From Alphaproteobacteria bacterium (GTDB lineage: Bacteria; Pseudomonadota; Alphaproteobacteria; Bin95): a stretch of 64,000 nt of DNA. Shown piece after piece: positions 29,211 through 40,501 of this stretch. Positions within the stretch are counted from its first letter, which is position 1; each line of letters starts with the position of its first letter. The notes under the pieces are model-generated. The model made no database searches. It saw nothing but the letters and a program-made list of their open reading frames with translations, and was not told the DNA's origin. Location: contig JACKII010000001.1 of the NCBI GenBank assembly GCA_020638555.1, positions 1,287,829-1,351,828 of the forward strand, given 5' to 3'. Position numbers and translations under genes: made by a program.

Positions 29211-31082
29211 ATGCCGCAAACGCCTCTTTCCGCACGATCGGCGCCCGGCTCGCTGGAAGCGACCCGGGCGGTTCGCCGCGCCCTGACGGCCGGGATGGCC
29301 GGCGCGGTGCTGGCCGGTCTTTCGGCCGCCGCGCTTGCGGCCGGTGGACCTGTTGCGGTCGGTGCCGCCGGCGGTGCGGCCGGTGTCGTCCTGGCGCTGC
29401 TTGGCGGCGGCCGGGCCTGGAAGCGCGTCGGCGACCGCCCGCCGCCTGCCCCGCCGGTTGACGGCCATGCGCCGGTCATTCCCCGCCCGCCGGCCCCGAA
29501 CCGCTTGGCGCCGGGCACCGGACCCTCCCAGCCGATCCCCTCGCTTTCCCCGTCCTCGCTTCCCCCGTCCTCGCCCCAATTGTCGCCGCCGGCACTGCGC
29601 GGCCTGTTCGAGGACGGCCCGATCGGCATCGCGGTCCTGGCCGACGACGGGCGGGTGGTCGAGAGCAATGCCGCCTTCCGCGACCTCGCCATGGACCGGA
29701 GCCCGGGAAATGAGGCCGGCAAGGCGGACGGCCGCAGCGGCGGCGCGATCTGCGACCGCATGGCCGCGCAGTCGGGTGAGGGCCTGGCCGAGCGCCTGAC
29801 CGATCCCGCTCCCGGCAGTCTCGACGTGACCTTTGGTCGGGAGGACGAACGCTGCGGCACCCTGTTTCTCGGCCCGCCGGAAAGCGGGCGCCGGGTGCTG
29901 CACCTGATCGAGACCACCCACCAGAAAAAGCTGGAAGTGCAGTTCGCCCAGTCGCAGCGCATGCTGGCCGTGGGCAAGCTTGCGGGCGGTATTGCCCACG
30001 ATTTCAACAACCTGCTGACCGCGATGACCGGGTTTTGCGATCTTCTGCTGTTGCGGCACACGCCGGGCGACCCGTCGTTTGCCGACATCATGCAGATCAA
30101 GCAGAACGCCAACCGGGCCGCCAATCTGGTGCGCCAGCTCCTGGCGTTCTCGCGCCAGCAGACCCTGCAACCGCGGGTGCTGACCCTGGCGGACGTGATC
30201 GCCGACCTTTCCAGCTTGTTGCGCCGCCTGATCGGGGCCGGCATCACGCTGCGGGTCGAGCACGGGGCTTCGGTCGCGCCGGTCCGCGTCGACCGGGTTC
30301 AGCTCGAACAGGTGCTGATCAATCTCGCCGTCAACGCCCGCGATGCGATGGCGGGGCAGGGCGAACTCACCATCAGCAGCCGCGACGTCCGGCCTGACCA
30401 GGTCAACGACCCTCCGCGCCAGCCGCCGCTACCGGCCGGACGCTGGGTCCTGATCGAGGTGCGGGACAGCGGCACCGGCATTCCGGCCCGGCATCTCGAC
30501 CGCATATTCGAGCCCTTCTTCACCACCAAGCCGGTGGGGGAGGGCACCGGGCTCGGCCTGTCGACCGTCTATGGCATCGTCAAGCAGACCGACGGCTATA
30601 TCTATGCGGAGAACGCGCCGGAGGGCGGTGCGGTCGTCAGCGTCTACCTGCCGGCCCATGACGGCGCGGCCGAAGCGGTCGATGCGGCCGCGTCGAACCC
30701 GTCCGACCTCACCGGCCAGGGCGCGGTGCTGTTGGTGGAGGACGAGGACCCGGTGCGCCTGTTCGCGGCCCGCGCGCTGCGCAGCAAGGGCTATCGCGTC
30801 ACCGAGGCGCGGACGGGGCTGGCCGCCGTCGCGCTGTTGGAGCAGGCGACGGAGCCGTTCGACCTGCTCATCACCGACGTGGTCATGCCCGAAATGGACG
30901 GCCCGGCCCTGATCGAGCGGGTGCGCGCGAACTGGCCGCAAACGCGCGTGATCTGCATCAGCGGCTATGCCGAGGGCGCGTTCCGCGACAAGCTGAGCGA
31001 ATTCGACGATGTGCGTTTCCTGGCAAAGCCGTTCAGCCTCCAGGAACTGGCGGGCAAGGTGAAGGACGTGCTGGCCGCGTGA
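29211..31082 (+). CDS. CckA-like hybrid sensor histidine kinase (TM, PAS, HisKA, HATPase, REC)
   Basis: H-box QSQRMLAVGKLAGGIAHDFNNLLTAMTGFCDLLL (CckA-type); HATPase GTGLGLSTVYGIV; C-terminal receiver VLLVEDEDPVR..DLLITDVVMPEMDG. Confidence 0.6.
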   Translation: MPQTPLSARSAPGSLEATRAVRRALTAGMAGAVLAGLSAAALAAGGPVAVGAAGGAAGVVLALLGGGRAWKRVGDRPPPAPPVDGHAPVIPRPPAPNRLAPGTGPSQPIPSLSPSSLPPSSPQLSPPALRGLFEDGPIGIAVLADDGRVVESNAAFRDLAMDRSPGNEAGKADGRSGGAICDRMAAQSGEGLAERLTDPAPGSLDVTFGREDERCGTLFLGPPESGRRVLHLIETTHQKKLEVQFAQSQRMLAVGKLAGGIAHDFNNLLTAMTGFCDLLLLRHTPGDPSFADIMQIKQNANRAANLVRQLLAFSRQQTLQPRVLTLADVIADLSSLLRRLIGAGITLRVEHGASVAPVRVDRVQLEQVLINLAVNARDAMAGQGELTISSRDVRPDQVNDPPRQPPLPAGRWVLIEVRDSGTGIPARHLDRIFEPFFTTKPVGEGTGLGLSTVYGIVKQTDGYIYAENAPEGGAVVSVYLPAHDGAAEAVDAAASNPSDLTGQGAVLLVEDEDPVRLFAARALRSKGYRVTEARTGLAAVALLEQATEPFDLLITDVVMPEMDGPALIERVRANWPQTRVICISGYAEGAFRDKLSEFDDVRFLAKPFSLQELAGKVKDVLAA

Positions 31083-31223
31083 CGTCGGCCACGGCGATTG
31101 CGATTCGCCGGCGGTGATTTGGCGGGTCTTCGGCGCACGCCGTTTCATTCCCGTTTCATCCCGGAATAGGCCAATATATTGCTATTAAATCCTAATTTCT
31201 GGTGTGAAAATGGTGTATACAAA

Positions 31224-31253
31224 GAACATTGCGCGAAAGAACAAAATGTGCAC
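31224..31253 (+). promoter_or_regulatory. candidate (imperfect) alphaproteobacterial SOS box upstream of recA
   Basis: GAAC-attgcgc-GAAA followed by GAAC-aaaatgt-GCAC, about 50-80 bp upstream of the recA ATG; consensus is GAAC-N7-GAAC. Confidence 0.3.
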
Positions 31254-31303
31254 AATGGGGCGTTGCCAACGCGCCGCGGCGCGTGCGATGATGGAGGTAG
31301 TGG

Positions 31304-32413
<1,110 letters not shown>

Positions 32414-32598
32414 GGGGCGGCGCCGGCGGTCGTAAGGGGCGCGCGAGCGCGAGCCGGCGGCGGTCCGGCCTGCGCCTGCGCCAGTGGTCGCCTGGACACA
32501 AACCCGCTTGCGCGATAAGGGAAGGCTTGCGGCACGGCACCCCGTCGGCGACGGTGTGACGCGCTGCCAGCAATTTCGAACAACAGGCCCAGGCACCC

Positions 32599-35250
32599 AT
32601 GGCGACGACCAGCGACATCCGCGCGACCTTCCTCAACTATTTTGCCAAGAACGGGCACGAAATCGTGGATTCGAGCCCGCTGGTGCCGCGCAACGATCCA
32701 ACCCTGCTGTTCACCAATGCCGGCATGGTGCAGTTCAAGAACGTGTTCACCGGCGTCGAACATCGGCCCTATGCCCGCGCTACCACCTCCCAGAAATGCG
32801 TGCGCGCGGGCGGCAAGCACAACGACCTGGAAAATGTCGGCTACACCGCCCGCCATCACACCTTTTTCGAGATGCTGGGCAATTTCTCGTTCGGCGACTA
32901 TTTCAAGGATGCCGCGATCGAGTTCGCCTGGAACCTGGTGACCGGCGAATTCGGCCTGCCCAAGCAGAAGCTGCTGGTCACCGTTTATTCCGAGGACGAA
33001 GAGGCGGCGCGGCTCTGGAAGCGGATTGCCGGCCTCTCCGAAGACCGCATCATCCGCATTCCCACCAGCGACAATTTCTGGGCCATGGGCGACACCGGCC
33101 CCTGCGGTCCGTGCTCCGAAATCTTCTATGACCACGGGCCGGAGATCTGGGGCGGCCCGCCCGGCTCGCCGGAGGAAGACGGCGACCGTTTCATCGAGAT
33201 CTGGAACCTGGTCTTCATGCAGTACGAGCAGGTGACCAAGGAGCAGCGGGTCGACCTGCCGCGACCGTCCATCGACACCGGCATGGGTCTGGAACGCATC
33301 GCCGCCGTGCTGCAGGGCAAGCACAACAATTACGACATCGACCTGTTCCGCGCCCTGATCCTGGCCTCGGCCGAGGCGACCGGCGTCGATCCGGACGGGC
33401 CGCAGGCGGCCTCGCACCGGGTTATCGCCGACCATCTGCGCGCCGCGAGCTTTCTGATTGCCGACGGCGTCCTGCCCTCGAACGAGGGCCGGGGCTATGT
33501 GCTGCGCCGCATCATGCGCCGCGGCATGCGCCACGCCCATCTGCTGGGCGCGCAGGACCCGCTATTGTACCGGCTGGTGCCGGAACTGGTGCGCCAGATG
33601 GGTACCGCCTTCCCGGAACTGGTTCGCGCCCGGCCGCTCATCACCGAAACGCTGAAGCTGGAGGAAGAGCGCTTCAAGCAGACGCTCGGCCGCGGCCTGC
33701 GCCTGCTGGAGCAGGAGACCGACAGCCTCGGCGCCGGCGACCGGCTCTCCGGCGATGTCGCCTTCCGCCTGTACGACACCTATGGCTTTCCGCTCGACCT
33801 GACCCAGGACGTGCTGCGCGCGCGCGAGATCGCGGTCGACACCGATGGGTTCGACGCCGCCATGGAACGGCAGCGGGCCGAGGCACGGGCCGCCTGGGCC
33901 GGCTCCGGCGAGGCGGCGGACGAGGCGATCTGGTTCGACCTGCGCCAGGAACTGGGCGCGACCGACTTTCTCGGCTATGGCACGACCGAGGCCGAGGGCG
34001 TGGTGGTCGCCCTGGTGGCCGACGGCCAGCGGGTCGAGCGGGCGGAGGCGGGCCGGCAGGTGGCGATCCTCACCAACCAGACCCCGTTCTATGGCGAGTC
34101 CGGCGGCCAGGTCGGCGACACCGGCCGCATTGTCGGCGAGGATGGGCGCGCCACCGTGCGCGAGACCCAGAAAAGGCTGGGCGACCTGTTCGTTCACCTC
34201 GCGACGGTGGAGGAGGGGACGCTGGCCGTCGGCGATGCGGTCGCGCTCAGCGTGGATACGGCCCGGCGCAACGCCATCCGCCGCAACCACTCGGCCACCC
34301 ACCTGCTGCACGCAGCGCTGCGCCGCGCCCTCGGCGATCATGTCGCCCAGCGCGGCTCGCTGGTGACGCCGGATCGGCTGCGCTTCGACATCTCCCACCC
34401 CAAGCCGGTCGACGCCGACGAACTCGCCCGGATCGAGGCGGAGGTGAACGAGCGCGTGCGCCTGAACGCGCCGGTCACCACCCGCCTGTTGCCGACGGAG
34501 CAGGCGATCGAGGCCGGCGCCATGGCGCTGTTCGGCGAGAAATACGGCGACGAGGTGCGGGTGGTCACCATGGGCGGCGACGACCCGGACGACGCCGACC
34601 GGCCCTATTCGGTGGAACTCTGCGGCGGCACCCATGTGCACCAGACCGGCGACATCGGTGCGTTCCTGGTGGTGAACGAGGGGGCGGTGGCCGCCGGCGT
34701 GCGCCGGTTGGAAGCGCTGACCGGCCAGGCCGCCCAGGCCTATACGGCGGAGCGGCTGCGCCTGCTGGAGCAGGCGGCGCAGCAACTGCGCACCACGCCG
34801 GACCATGTTGCCGAGCGCATCGCGGCCCTGCTGGACGAGCGCCGCAAGCTGGAACGCGAAATCGGCGACCTGCGTCGCCAGCTCGCCACCGGTGGCGGCG
34901 GCGCCAAGCCGGAGGTGCAGGAGGTCGCCGGCATGAAGTTCGCCGCCCGCAAGCTGGCGGACGTGCCGGCCAAGGATCTGCGCGGCATGGCCGACGAGGT
35001 GAAGAAGCAACTGGGCTCCGGCGTCGTCGCCATCGTCACCGTGGTCGAGGGCAAGGGCTCGCTGGTGGTCGGCGTCACCGACGACCTGAAGGACACGGTC
35101 AGCGCGGTCGACCTGGTGCGGGCCGGCGCGGCCGCCATGGGCGGCAAGGGCGGCGGCGGCCGTCCCGACCTGGCCCAGGCCGGCGGCCCGGATGGCGCCA
35201 AGGCGGACGATGCGCTGGCTGCTATCGCTGCCGCCATGGGCGGGGCCTGA
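32599..35250 (+). CDS. alaS: alanine--tRNA ligase
   Basis: 883 aa; [35 protein letters not shown], HxxxH editing motifs, C-terminal DHHA1. Confidence 0.95.
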   Translation: MATTSDIRATFLNYFAKNGHEIVDSSPLVPRNDPTLLFTNAGMVQFKNVFTGVEHRPYARATTSQKCVRAGGKHNDLENVGYTARHHTFFEMLGNFSFGDYFKDAAIEFAWNLVTGEFGLPKQKLLVTVYSEDEEAARLWKRIAGLSEDRIIRIPTSDNFWAMGDTGPCGPCSEIFYDHGPEIWGGPPGSPEEDGDRFIEIWNLVFMQYEQVTKEQRVDLPRPSIDTGMGLERIAAVLQGKHNNYDIDLFRALILASAEATGVDPDGPQAASHRVIADHLRAASFLIADGVLPSNEGRGYVLRRIMRRGMRHAHLLGAQDPLLYRLVPELVRQMGTAFPELVRARPLITETLKLEEERFKQTLGRGLRLLEQETDSLGAGDRLSGDVAFRLYDTYGFPLDLTQDVLRAREIAVDTDGFDAAMERQRAEARAAWAGSGEAADEAIWFDLRQELGATDFLGYGTTEAEGVVVALVADGQRVERAEAGRQVAILTNQTPFYGESGGQVGDTGRIVGEDGRATVRETQKRLGDLFVHLATVEEGTLAVGDAVALSVDTARRNAIRRNHSATHLLHAALRRALGDHVAQRGSLVTPDRLRFDISHPKPVDADELARIEAEVNERVRLNAPVTTRLLPTEQAIEAGAMALFGEKYGDEVRVVTMGGDDPDDADRPYSVELCGGTHVHQTGDIGAFLVVNEGAVAAGVRRLEALTGQAAQAYTAERLRLLEQAAQQLRTTPDHVAERIAALLDERRKLEREIGDLRRQLATGGGGAKPEVQEVAGMKFAARKLADVPAKDLRGMADEVKKQLGSGVVAIVTVVEGKGSLVVGVTDDLKDTVSAVDLVRAGAAAMGGKGGGGRPDLAQAGGPDGAKADDALAAIAAAMGGA

Positions 35251-35288
35251 CCGGCTCTTTCCCCCGTCCGAGCGCGGTCATCGCAACG

Positions 35289-35326
35289 AAAACGCCCGCC
35301 CCTGGCACCAGGGGCGGGCGTTTTGC
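35289..35326. terminator. bidirectional intrinsic terminator between alaS and the convergent protease gene
   Basis: aaaacgcccgcccctgg-cacc-aggggcgggcgtttt: perfect hairpin flanked by A-tract and T-tract. Confidence 0.65.
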
Positions 35327-35353
35327 CTTGCCGTGTTTCAGGCCGGCGCGGCG

Positions 35354-38300
35354 TTAATGAAACAGGCCCAGATCGTCGACGATGACGCCGCCCGAGGCCG
35401 TGATCACGACATGGTCGACATTGTCGAACATCGCATCGCTCAGGTGCAGGCCGGTTTCCTTGTGGTCCTGGATGCGCACGGTTTCCGAGCCGACCAGCGT
35501 GCCGTTGTCATAGCCTTCGATCAGCAGGTCGACCCTCTTGCCGCTGACGGCGGTGAAGAAGCCGCTGTCGAAGTCGAAATGGGCGCTATCGCTGCGGGCG
35601 AAGCTGAAACTGTCGCCGACGCTTTCGCCGGCGAACGAGCCGCTGACCACGCCGGTCTGGCGGTTGGTCAGCACCAGGTTCGTGAAGACGAACCCGTCCT
35701 GGTCGGCGCTGCCGCCCTCGAAGTCGATCACCGTGGCGATCGGCGCCGGCGGCGGGGTGCCGGCGCCGGCAATGTCGACGGTGACCGTCGCCATGTCGCT
35801 GCCGCCATGGCCGTCGCTGATCTGGTAGGTGAAGCTGTCGGTTGCGGTCTGGCCGTCATAGAGGCTGTCGAAGGCGCCGTTCGGGTCGTAGCTGAAGCTG
35901 CCGCTGGGGTCGAACAGCACCAGCGCGCCGGAGGCCAGGGTGACGCTGCCGTCGGTGTCGCCCTCGACCGAGACCAGGGCGAGCGGGTCGCCGTCCGGAT
36001 CGCTGTCCGCACCGAAGCCGTTGTCGGCCAGCAGGTTGCCGGAGACCGTCGCGGTTTCGGTCGTGGTGAAGGCGTCGCTGTGGGCGACCGGGGGCGTGTT
36101 GCCGCCGGGCAGGATCTCCGTGTGGGTGGTGAAGGCCAGGTTGTCCGCGTAGATCTCGCCCCTGGCGCTGATCTCGACCCGGTCGATGGAATCGAACGCG
36201 GTCGAGAATGCGCGGTCGGCACTGCGGTTGCCGAACGCGTTGAAGCTGTCGGTGCCCACCAGAACGCCGTCGTCATAGGCAGCAATGTCGACGCGCACCC
36301 GGCCGCCGGCGGAGATGAAGGACGCCGCGTCGAAGTCGAAGTCGGCGCCGCCGGCGGTGATGACGAACTGGCCGTCGGCACCGGTCGCGCCATAGGCCGC
36401 GCCCGAGAGCGCCGTGCCGGCAACCACGGTCAGGCCGGCGAAGATCAGATTGTGTTCGCCGGCATAGCCGCCGGCGGGCACGCCCTCGAAATCGATCAGC
36501 ACGGGCTCCGCGACCGTCTGGGGCGAGACACCGGCGATGGTCAGGGCGACCGTGGCGCTGTCGCTGCCGCCCTGGCCGTCCACCACGGTGTAGGTGAAGC
36601 CGTCGCTGGCGCTCTGGCCGGTTACCAGCGCATCGAACGCGCCGTTGGTGTCGTAGCTGAACGTGCCGTCCGCGTTCACGGTCAGCAGCGCGCCGGACGC
36701 GAGGGCGATGGTGCTGCCGACGGCCGCCGCACTGCCGTTCACCGCCGCCACGGCGAGAACGCCGCCATCGGCGTCGCTGTCGTTCGCCAGCACATTGCCG
36801 GCAATCGGGCCGGCCTCGTCGCCGGAAAACGCGTCGTTGACCGCGACCGGGGCCTGGTTGTCGAAGGCGCCGTTGATGGTGATGGAAACGGTCGCCTGGT
36901 CGCTCTTGTTGCCGTCGGTGATGGTGTAGGTGAAGCTGTCGGCGCCGGTCTGGCCCACGTCCAGCGCGTTGAAGGCGCCGTTCTGGTCATAGGCGACGGT
37001 GCCGTCGGCATTCAGCGTGACCCGCGCGCCGGAGGCCAGCATCACCGTATCCCCGGCGATCACGGCCTGGCCGTCCAGCATGGTGATGCTGAGCGGGTCG
37101 CCTTCGGGGTCGCTGTCGTTCGCCAGCACCGCCAAGCCCGACAGCACCACGTCCTCGTCCACCGTCACGGTGTCGTTCACGGCCACCGGCGGCAGGCTGT
37201 CGAAGGCGCCGTCGATGGTGATGGTCACCGTGGCCGAGGCGGTATCGCTGCCGTCGCTCGCGGTGTAGGTGAAGCTGTCGGTGCCGGTCTGCCCCACATT
37301 CAGGGCGTCGAAGGCGCCGTTCTGGTCGTAGACGAAGCTGCCGTCGCTCGCGACCGTCAGCAGCGCGCCCGAGGCGAGGGCAATCGTGCTGCCGACATTC
37401 GCGGCCGAGCCGTTGACCGCGGCGACGCTCAGCGCCAGCGGCGCGGCGTCGGGGTCGCTGTCGTTCGCCAGCACATTGCCGCCCGTCAGCACCACGTCTT
37501 CCGTGACGCGGTAGGCGTCGTCGCTCGCCGTCGGCGCGATATTCGGGGCGAAGGTCGCGGCGATGTCGGTCCAGGAGACGGTCACGTCGGCGAACACCAG
37601 GGTCTCGACGCTGCTTTCCACCCGGTCGGTGTCGGCGGCGGTGACTTCCAGGAATTCGCCGAACAGGCCGAAGGAGTAGGCAGAGTAGTTCGCGGTCAGC
37701 ACCAGCTGGTCGAGGCCGGTGCCGCCCAGATAGGTGTCGTTGCCGGCGCTTTCCAGGAAGATGTCGTTGCCGCCATTGCCGGTGAACGTGTTGTCGGCGG
37801 CATTGCCGGTGAAGACGTCGTCGCCGCTGCCGCCCTTGGCGTTCTCGATCAGCGAGCGCGCGTCGCCCTGATACTGCAGGGCATTGAACAGGTGGCCGCG
37901 GGCATAGGTGACCGGGTTGCCGGCATAGCCGAAATCCAGCATGGCCCGCTGGAAGTTGCCGTTGGCGTCCAGGTCGACATAGCCGCCGGGCGTCAGGTCG
38001 ACATTCAGCGACGTGGTGTAGTTCGAGAAGTCGTAGGTGTCGTTGCCGTTGCCGTCCCAGACGGTGCGGAACACGCGGTTGCCGCCGGGCGTGCCGGTGC
38101 CGATGCCGTCGACGAACATCTCGCCGGTGGTGGTGGAGAACGAGTAGACCGTGTCGCCGGCATTGGTGGCGAAATTGGCGCCGTACATGCGCTGGATCGC
38201 GGCGACGTCCAGCATCATCAGGCTCTGCGAATAGCCCCAGGTCTCGTTGGCATAGCCGTAGGTCAGCGGCTTGCCGACCCAGGACCGGTAGGTCATGACG

Positions 38301-39061
38301 CTGTATTCCATCGAGTCGAACTCGTACGGAATCGCGCCCGGGCCGCTGGTATCCTGGCCGTGCTTCAGGCCGAGCGCGTGGCCCAGCTCGTGCAGGAAGG
38401 TGTGGTACTGGTAGTTGCCGATCTGCGGGCTGTTATAGCCCGAGGTGTTGAAGAAGGCGTCGCCGCCGACCGGGTTGGTGCTGGGATAATAGGCATAGGC
38501 GGTGCCGGGCGCGTCCGAGCGGGCGAGGCGCAGGTCCGCGTCGATCACCCGTTCGCCGGCATTGTCGCCCAATTCCTCGAATGTCAGGCCGCTGATGGCG
38601 GCATACTGGCCGAGCGCATCATAGGTGACGCCCATCTGGGTCGCGTTGAAGCCGCTGACGCTGGCGATGGCGGTGCTGTCGTAATAGTTCGCCTCATAGT
38701 CGGCGGCGCTGGAGGCGAAGCCGAAGGTCAGCGCGGTTTGCTGCCAGTAGCTGCCGCTGATCAGGGCATCGACGCCCTGGTCCGCATCGCCGGTGTTGGT
38801 GTCGTACGGAAAGCTGCCGCCGGTCGCCTGTTGCGAGTCATAGGTCGGAAGGTTCGCGTCAAAGTTGAATATGGAAATATTCAAATCGTGCAGCTTCTGC
38901 CACGCGATTGGGTCCATACCGTCGGGCGGCGTGCCATCGCGGCCGGGCGCGGCGAGATCGTCGAGCGAAAAATGCCCCTTCGCTTCATTACAGGCGCTAC
39001 AACCGCATCCGTAAGATCCCGTATGCGCGAGCGAATATTGTTCGCCATCAGGCTTGGTCAT
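35354..39061 (-). CDS. large secreted serralysin-like (M10B) zinc metalloprotease with RTX nonapeptide repeats and multiple VCBS/cadherin-like repeat domains
   Basis: HTFLHELGHALGLKHGQD zinc site and SVMTY Met-turn; GGSGDDVFTGNAADNTFTGNGGNDIF RTX repeats; at least five ~100-aa repeats each carrying VLANDSDPDGDPL. Confidence 0.8.
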   Translation of the reverse strand: MTKPDGEQYSLAHTGSYGCGCSACNEAKGHFSLDDLAAPGRDGTPPDGMDPIAWQKLHDLNISIFNFDANLPTYDSQQATGGSFPYDTNTGDADQGVDALISGSYWQQTALTFGFASSAADYEANYYDSTAIASVSGFNATQMGVTYDALGQYAAISGLTFEELGDNAGERVIDADLRLARSDAPGTAYAYYPSTNPVGGDAFFNTSGYNSPQIGNYQYHTFLHELGHALGLKHGQDTSGPGAIPYEFDSMEYSVMTYRSWVGKPLTYGYANETWGYSQSLMMLDVAAIQRMYGANFATNAGDTVYSFSTTTGEMFVDGIGTGTPGGNRVFRTVWDGNGNDTYDFSNYTTSLNVDLTPGGYVDLDANGNFQRAMLDFGYAGNPVTYARGHLFNALQYQGDARSLIENAKGGSGDDVFTGNAADNTFTGNGGNDIFLESAGNDTYLGGTGLDQLVLTANYSAYSFGLFGEFLEVTAADTDRVESSVETLVFADVTVSWTDIAATFAPNIAPTASDDAYRVTEDVVLTGGNVLANDSDPDAAPLALSVAAVNGSAANVGSTIALASGALLTVASDGSFVYDQNGAFDALNVGQTGTDSFTYTASDGSDTASATVTITIDGAFDSLPPVAVNDTVTVDEDVVLSGLAVLANDSDPEGDPLSITMLDGQAVIAGDTVMLASGARVTLNADGTVAYDQNGAFNALDVGQTGADSFTYTITDGNKSDQATVSITINGAFDNQAPVAVNDAFSGDEAGPIAGNVLANDSDADGGVLAVAAVNGSAAAVGSTIALASGALLTVNADGTFSYDTNGAFDALVTGQSASDGFTYTVVDGQGGSDSATVALTIAGVSPQTVAEPVLIDFEGVPAGGYAGEHNLIFAGLTVVAGTALSGAAYGATGADGQFVITAGGADFDFDAASFISAGGRVRVDIAAYDDGVLVGTDSFNAFGNRSADRAFSTAFDSIDRVEISARGEIYADNLAFTTHTEILPGGNTPPVAHSDAFTTTETATVSGNLLADNGFGADSDPDGDPLALVSVEGDTDGSVTLASGALVLFDPSGSFSYDPNGAFDSLYDGQTATDSFTYQISDGHGGSDMATVTVDIAGAGTPPPAPIATVIDFEGGSADQDGFVFTNLVLTNRQTGVVSGSFAGESVGDSFSFARSDSAHFDFDSGFFTAVSGKRVDLLIEGYDNGTLVGSETVRIQDHKETGLHLSDAMFDNVDHVVITASGGVIVDDLGLFH

Positions 39062-39475
39062 TAGGGAACCCTTCTCCAGGTTATTCGCCGCTTTTGTGCG
39101 TTTTGGGGTATCGGCGGCTTGATCATAGGGATGGGCAGCCGATTGCCAATGGGCCTTCTATCATACGTATGGTTGTGTATAGAATAAGGGAAAGAGCGTA
39201 GCGCGACGGATGATGCGGGCCGGTTCCCGACAAAACGGGCGACGAAATTCCGGTACGACCGCAGGTGACGGTGCGCTCCGGACAAGTTTTGGTCCGAAAG
39301 CGAATAATTTCAGTCGACACGTACGGGTTGTCGGCAATGCATGCCCAACGCCTGTGGCGGCGCTGGGCGAGGCGAAATGCCACTCTCCGGCCGTGGGTCG
39401 GCCTCGGACCCGGTGGCCGGACCCGTCGGGTGTCAATGACGCATGGGGAACAGCAGAGACGGAGCGATTCTGGGC

Positions 39476-40501
39476 TCAGGCGGCCGGCCCGGCGTCCCAC
39501 AGCCCCTGATAGGCGAACAGCGCCGGCGCCCCGCCGGTGTGCCAGAAACACACCCGCTCGCCATCGGGCAGGACATGGCGGCGGCGCAGCGCCAGCAGGC
39601 CGGCGAACACCTTGCCGGTATAGACCGGGTCCAGCACCACCCCTTCCGTCCGCGCCATCAGGGTGATGGCGTCCACCAGGGCCGGGCTCAGGCGGCCATA
39701 GCCGGGGGCGAGCGCGTCGTCGAACACGGCGATGTCGTCCTCGTGTACCGGGTTTTCCATCCCCAGCAACTCGCCGATCTCGCGGCAGCGGTCGAACAGG
39801 CGCGGGATCTGGGCGCCGGCGTCGCGGCGCACGCACAGCCCCAGCACCGGGTCCTGGCAGCCCAGCGCGCGCAGGCCGAACAGCAGGCCGCCATGGCTGG
39901 CGCCGCTGCCCGACGCGATCACATGCACCGTGTGCGCCCGGCACTGCGCGCGATACTCGATCGCCGCCTGGCAATAGCCGAGCGCACCCAGCGGCCGGTG
40001 GCCGGGGCCGAGCGGGATCACATAGGGTTTGCGGCCCGCCGCACGCAACTCCTCGGCCCAGGCGGCCAGCGCCCGGTCGGCGCCGGCCTCGTCCTCGCCG
40101 TGCGGATAGGCGCGCAGTTCCGCACCGAACAGCCGGTCCAGGAACACGTTGCCGCCCGTGTGGTAGAGCGGATCGTCGGTCGCGACGCGCTCTTCCAGTT
40201 GCAGGCAGACGCGCAGGCCCAGCCGCGCGCCGGCCGCGGCGATGGTGCGCAGCACGTTCGACTGCACGGCGCCGGTGATCAGCACTGTGTCCGCGCCTTC
40301 GGCTATGGCCTCGCCTAGATAGACGGCCAGTTGGCGCACCTTGTTGCCGCCCATGCCGAGGCCGCCGATATCGTCGCGTTTCAGCCAGAGGTCCAGCCCC
40401 AGCCGGTCCGACAGGCGCTGCGCCCGCTCCAGCGGCGTTGCCATGGCCTGGCCGAGCGGGGCTTGCGGGAAACGGGCGAGGGCGGAAGCGAGGTCTTGCA
40501 T
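39476..40501 (-). CDS. PLP-dependent D-cysteine desulfhydrase / ACC deaminase family protein
   Basis: 341 aa; ATPLERAQRLSDRLGLDLWLKRDDIGGLGMGGNKVRQLAVYL..TGAVQSNVLRT; 4-nt overlap with the upstream EamA gene. Confidence 0.75.
   Translation of the reverse strand: MQDLASALARFPQAPLGQAMATPLERAQRLSDRLGLDLWLKRDDIGGLGMGGNKVRQLAVYLGEAIAEGADTVLITGAVQSNVLRTIAAAGARLGLRVCLQLEERVATDDPLYHTGGNVFLDRLFGAELRAYPHGEDEAGADRALAAWAEELRAAGRKPYVIPLGPGHRPLGALGYCQAAIEYRAQCRAHTVHVIASGSGASHGGLLFGLRALGCQDPVLGLCVRRDAGAQIPRLFDRCREIGELLGMENPVHEDDIAVFDDALAPGYGRLSPALVDAITLMARTEGVVLDPVYTGKVFAGLLALRRRHVLPDGERVCFWHTGGAPALFAYQGLWDAGPAA

Noticed and set aside
35192-39064. 1290-aa plus-strand ORF opposite the serralysin-like gene
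   Set aside because: Antisense to a gene with clear catalytic and repeat motifs. The translation is low-complexity Gly/Ala/Val/Asp with no domain.
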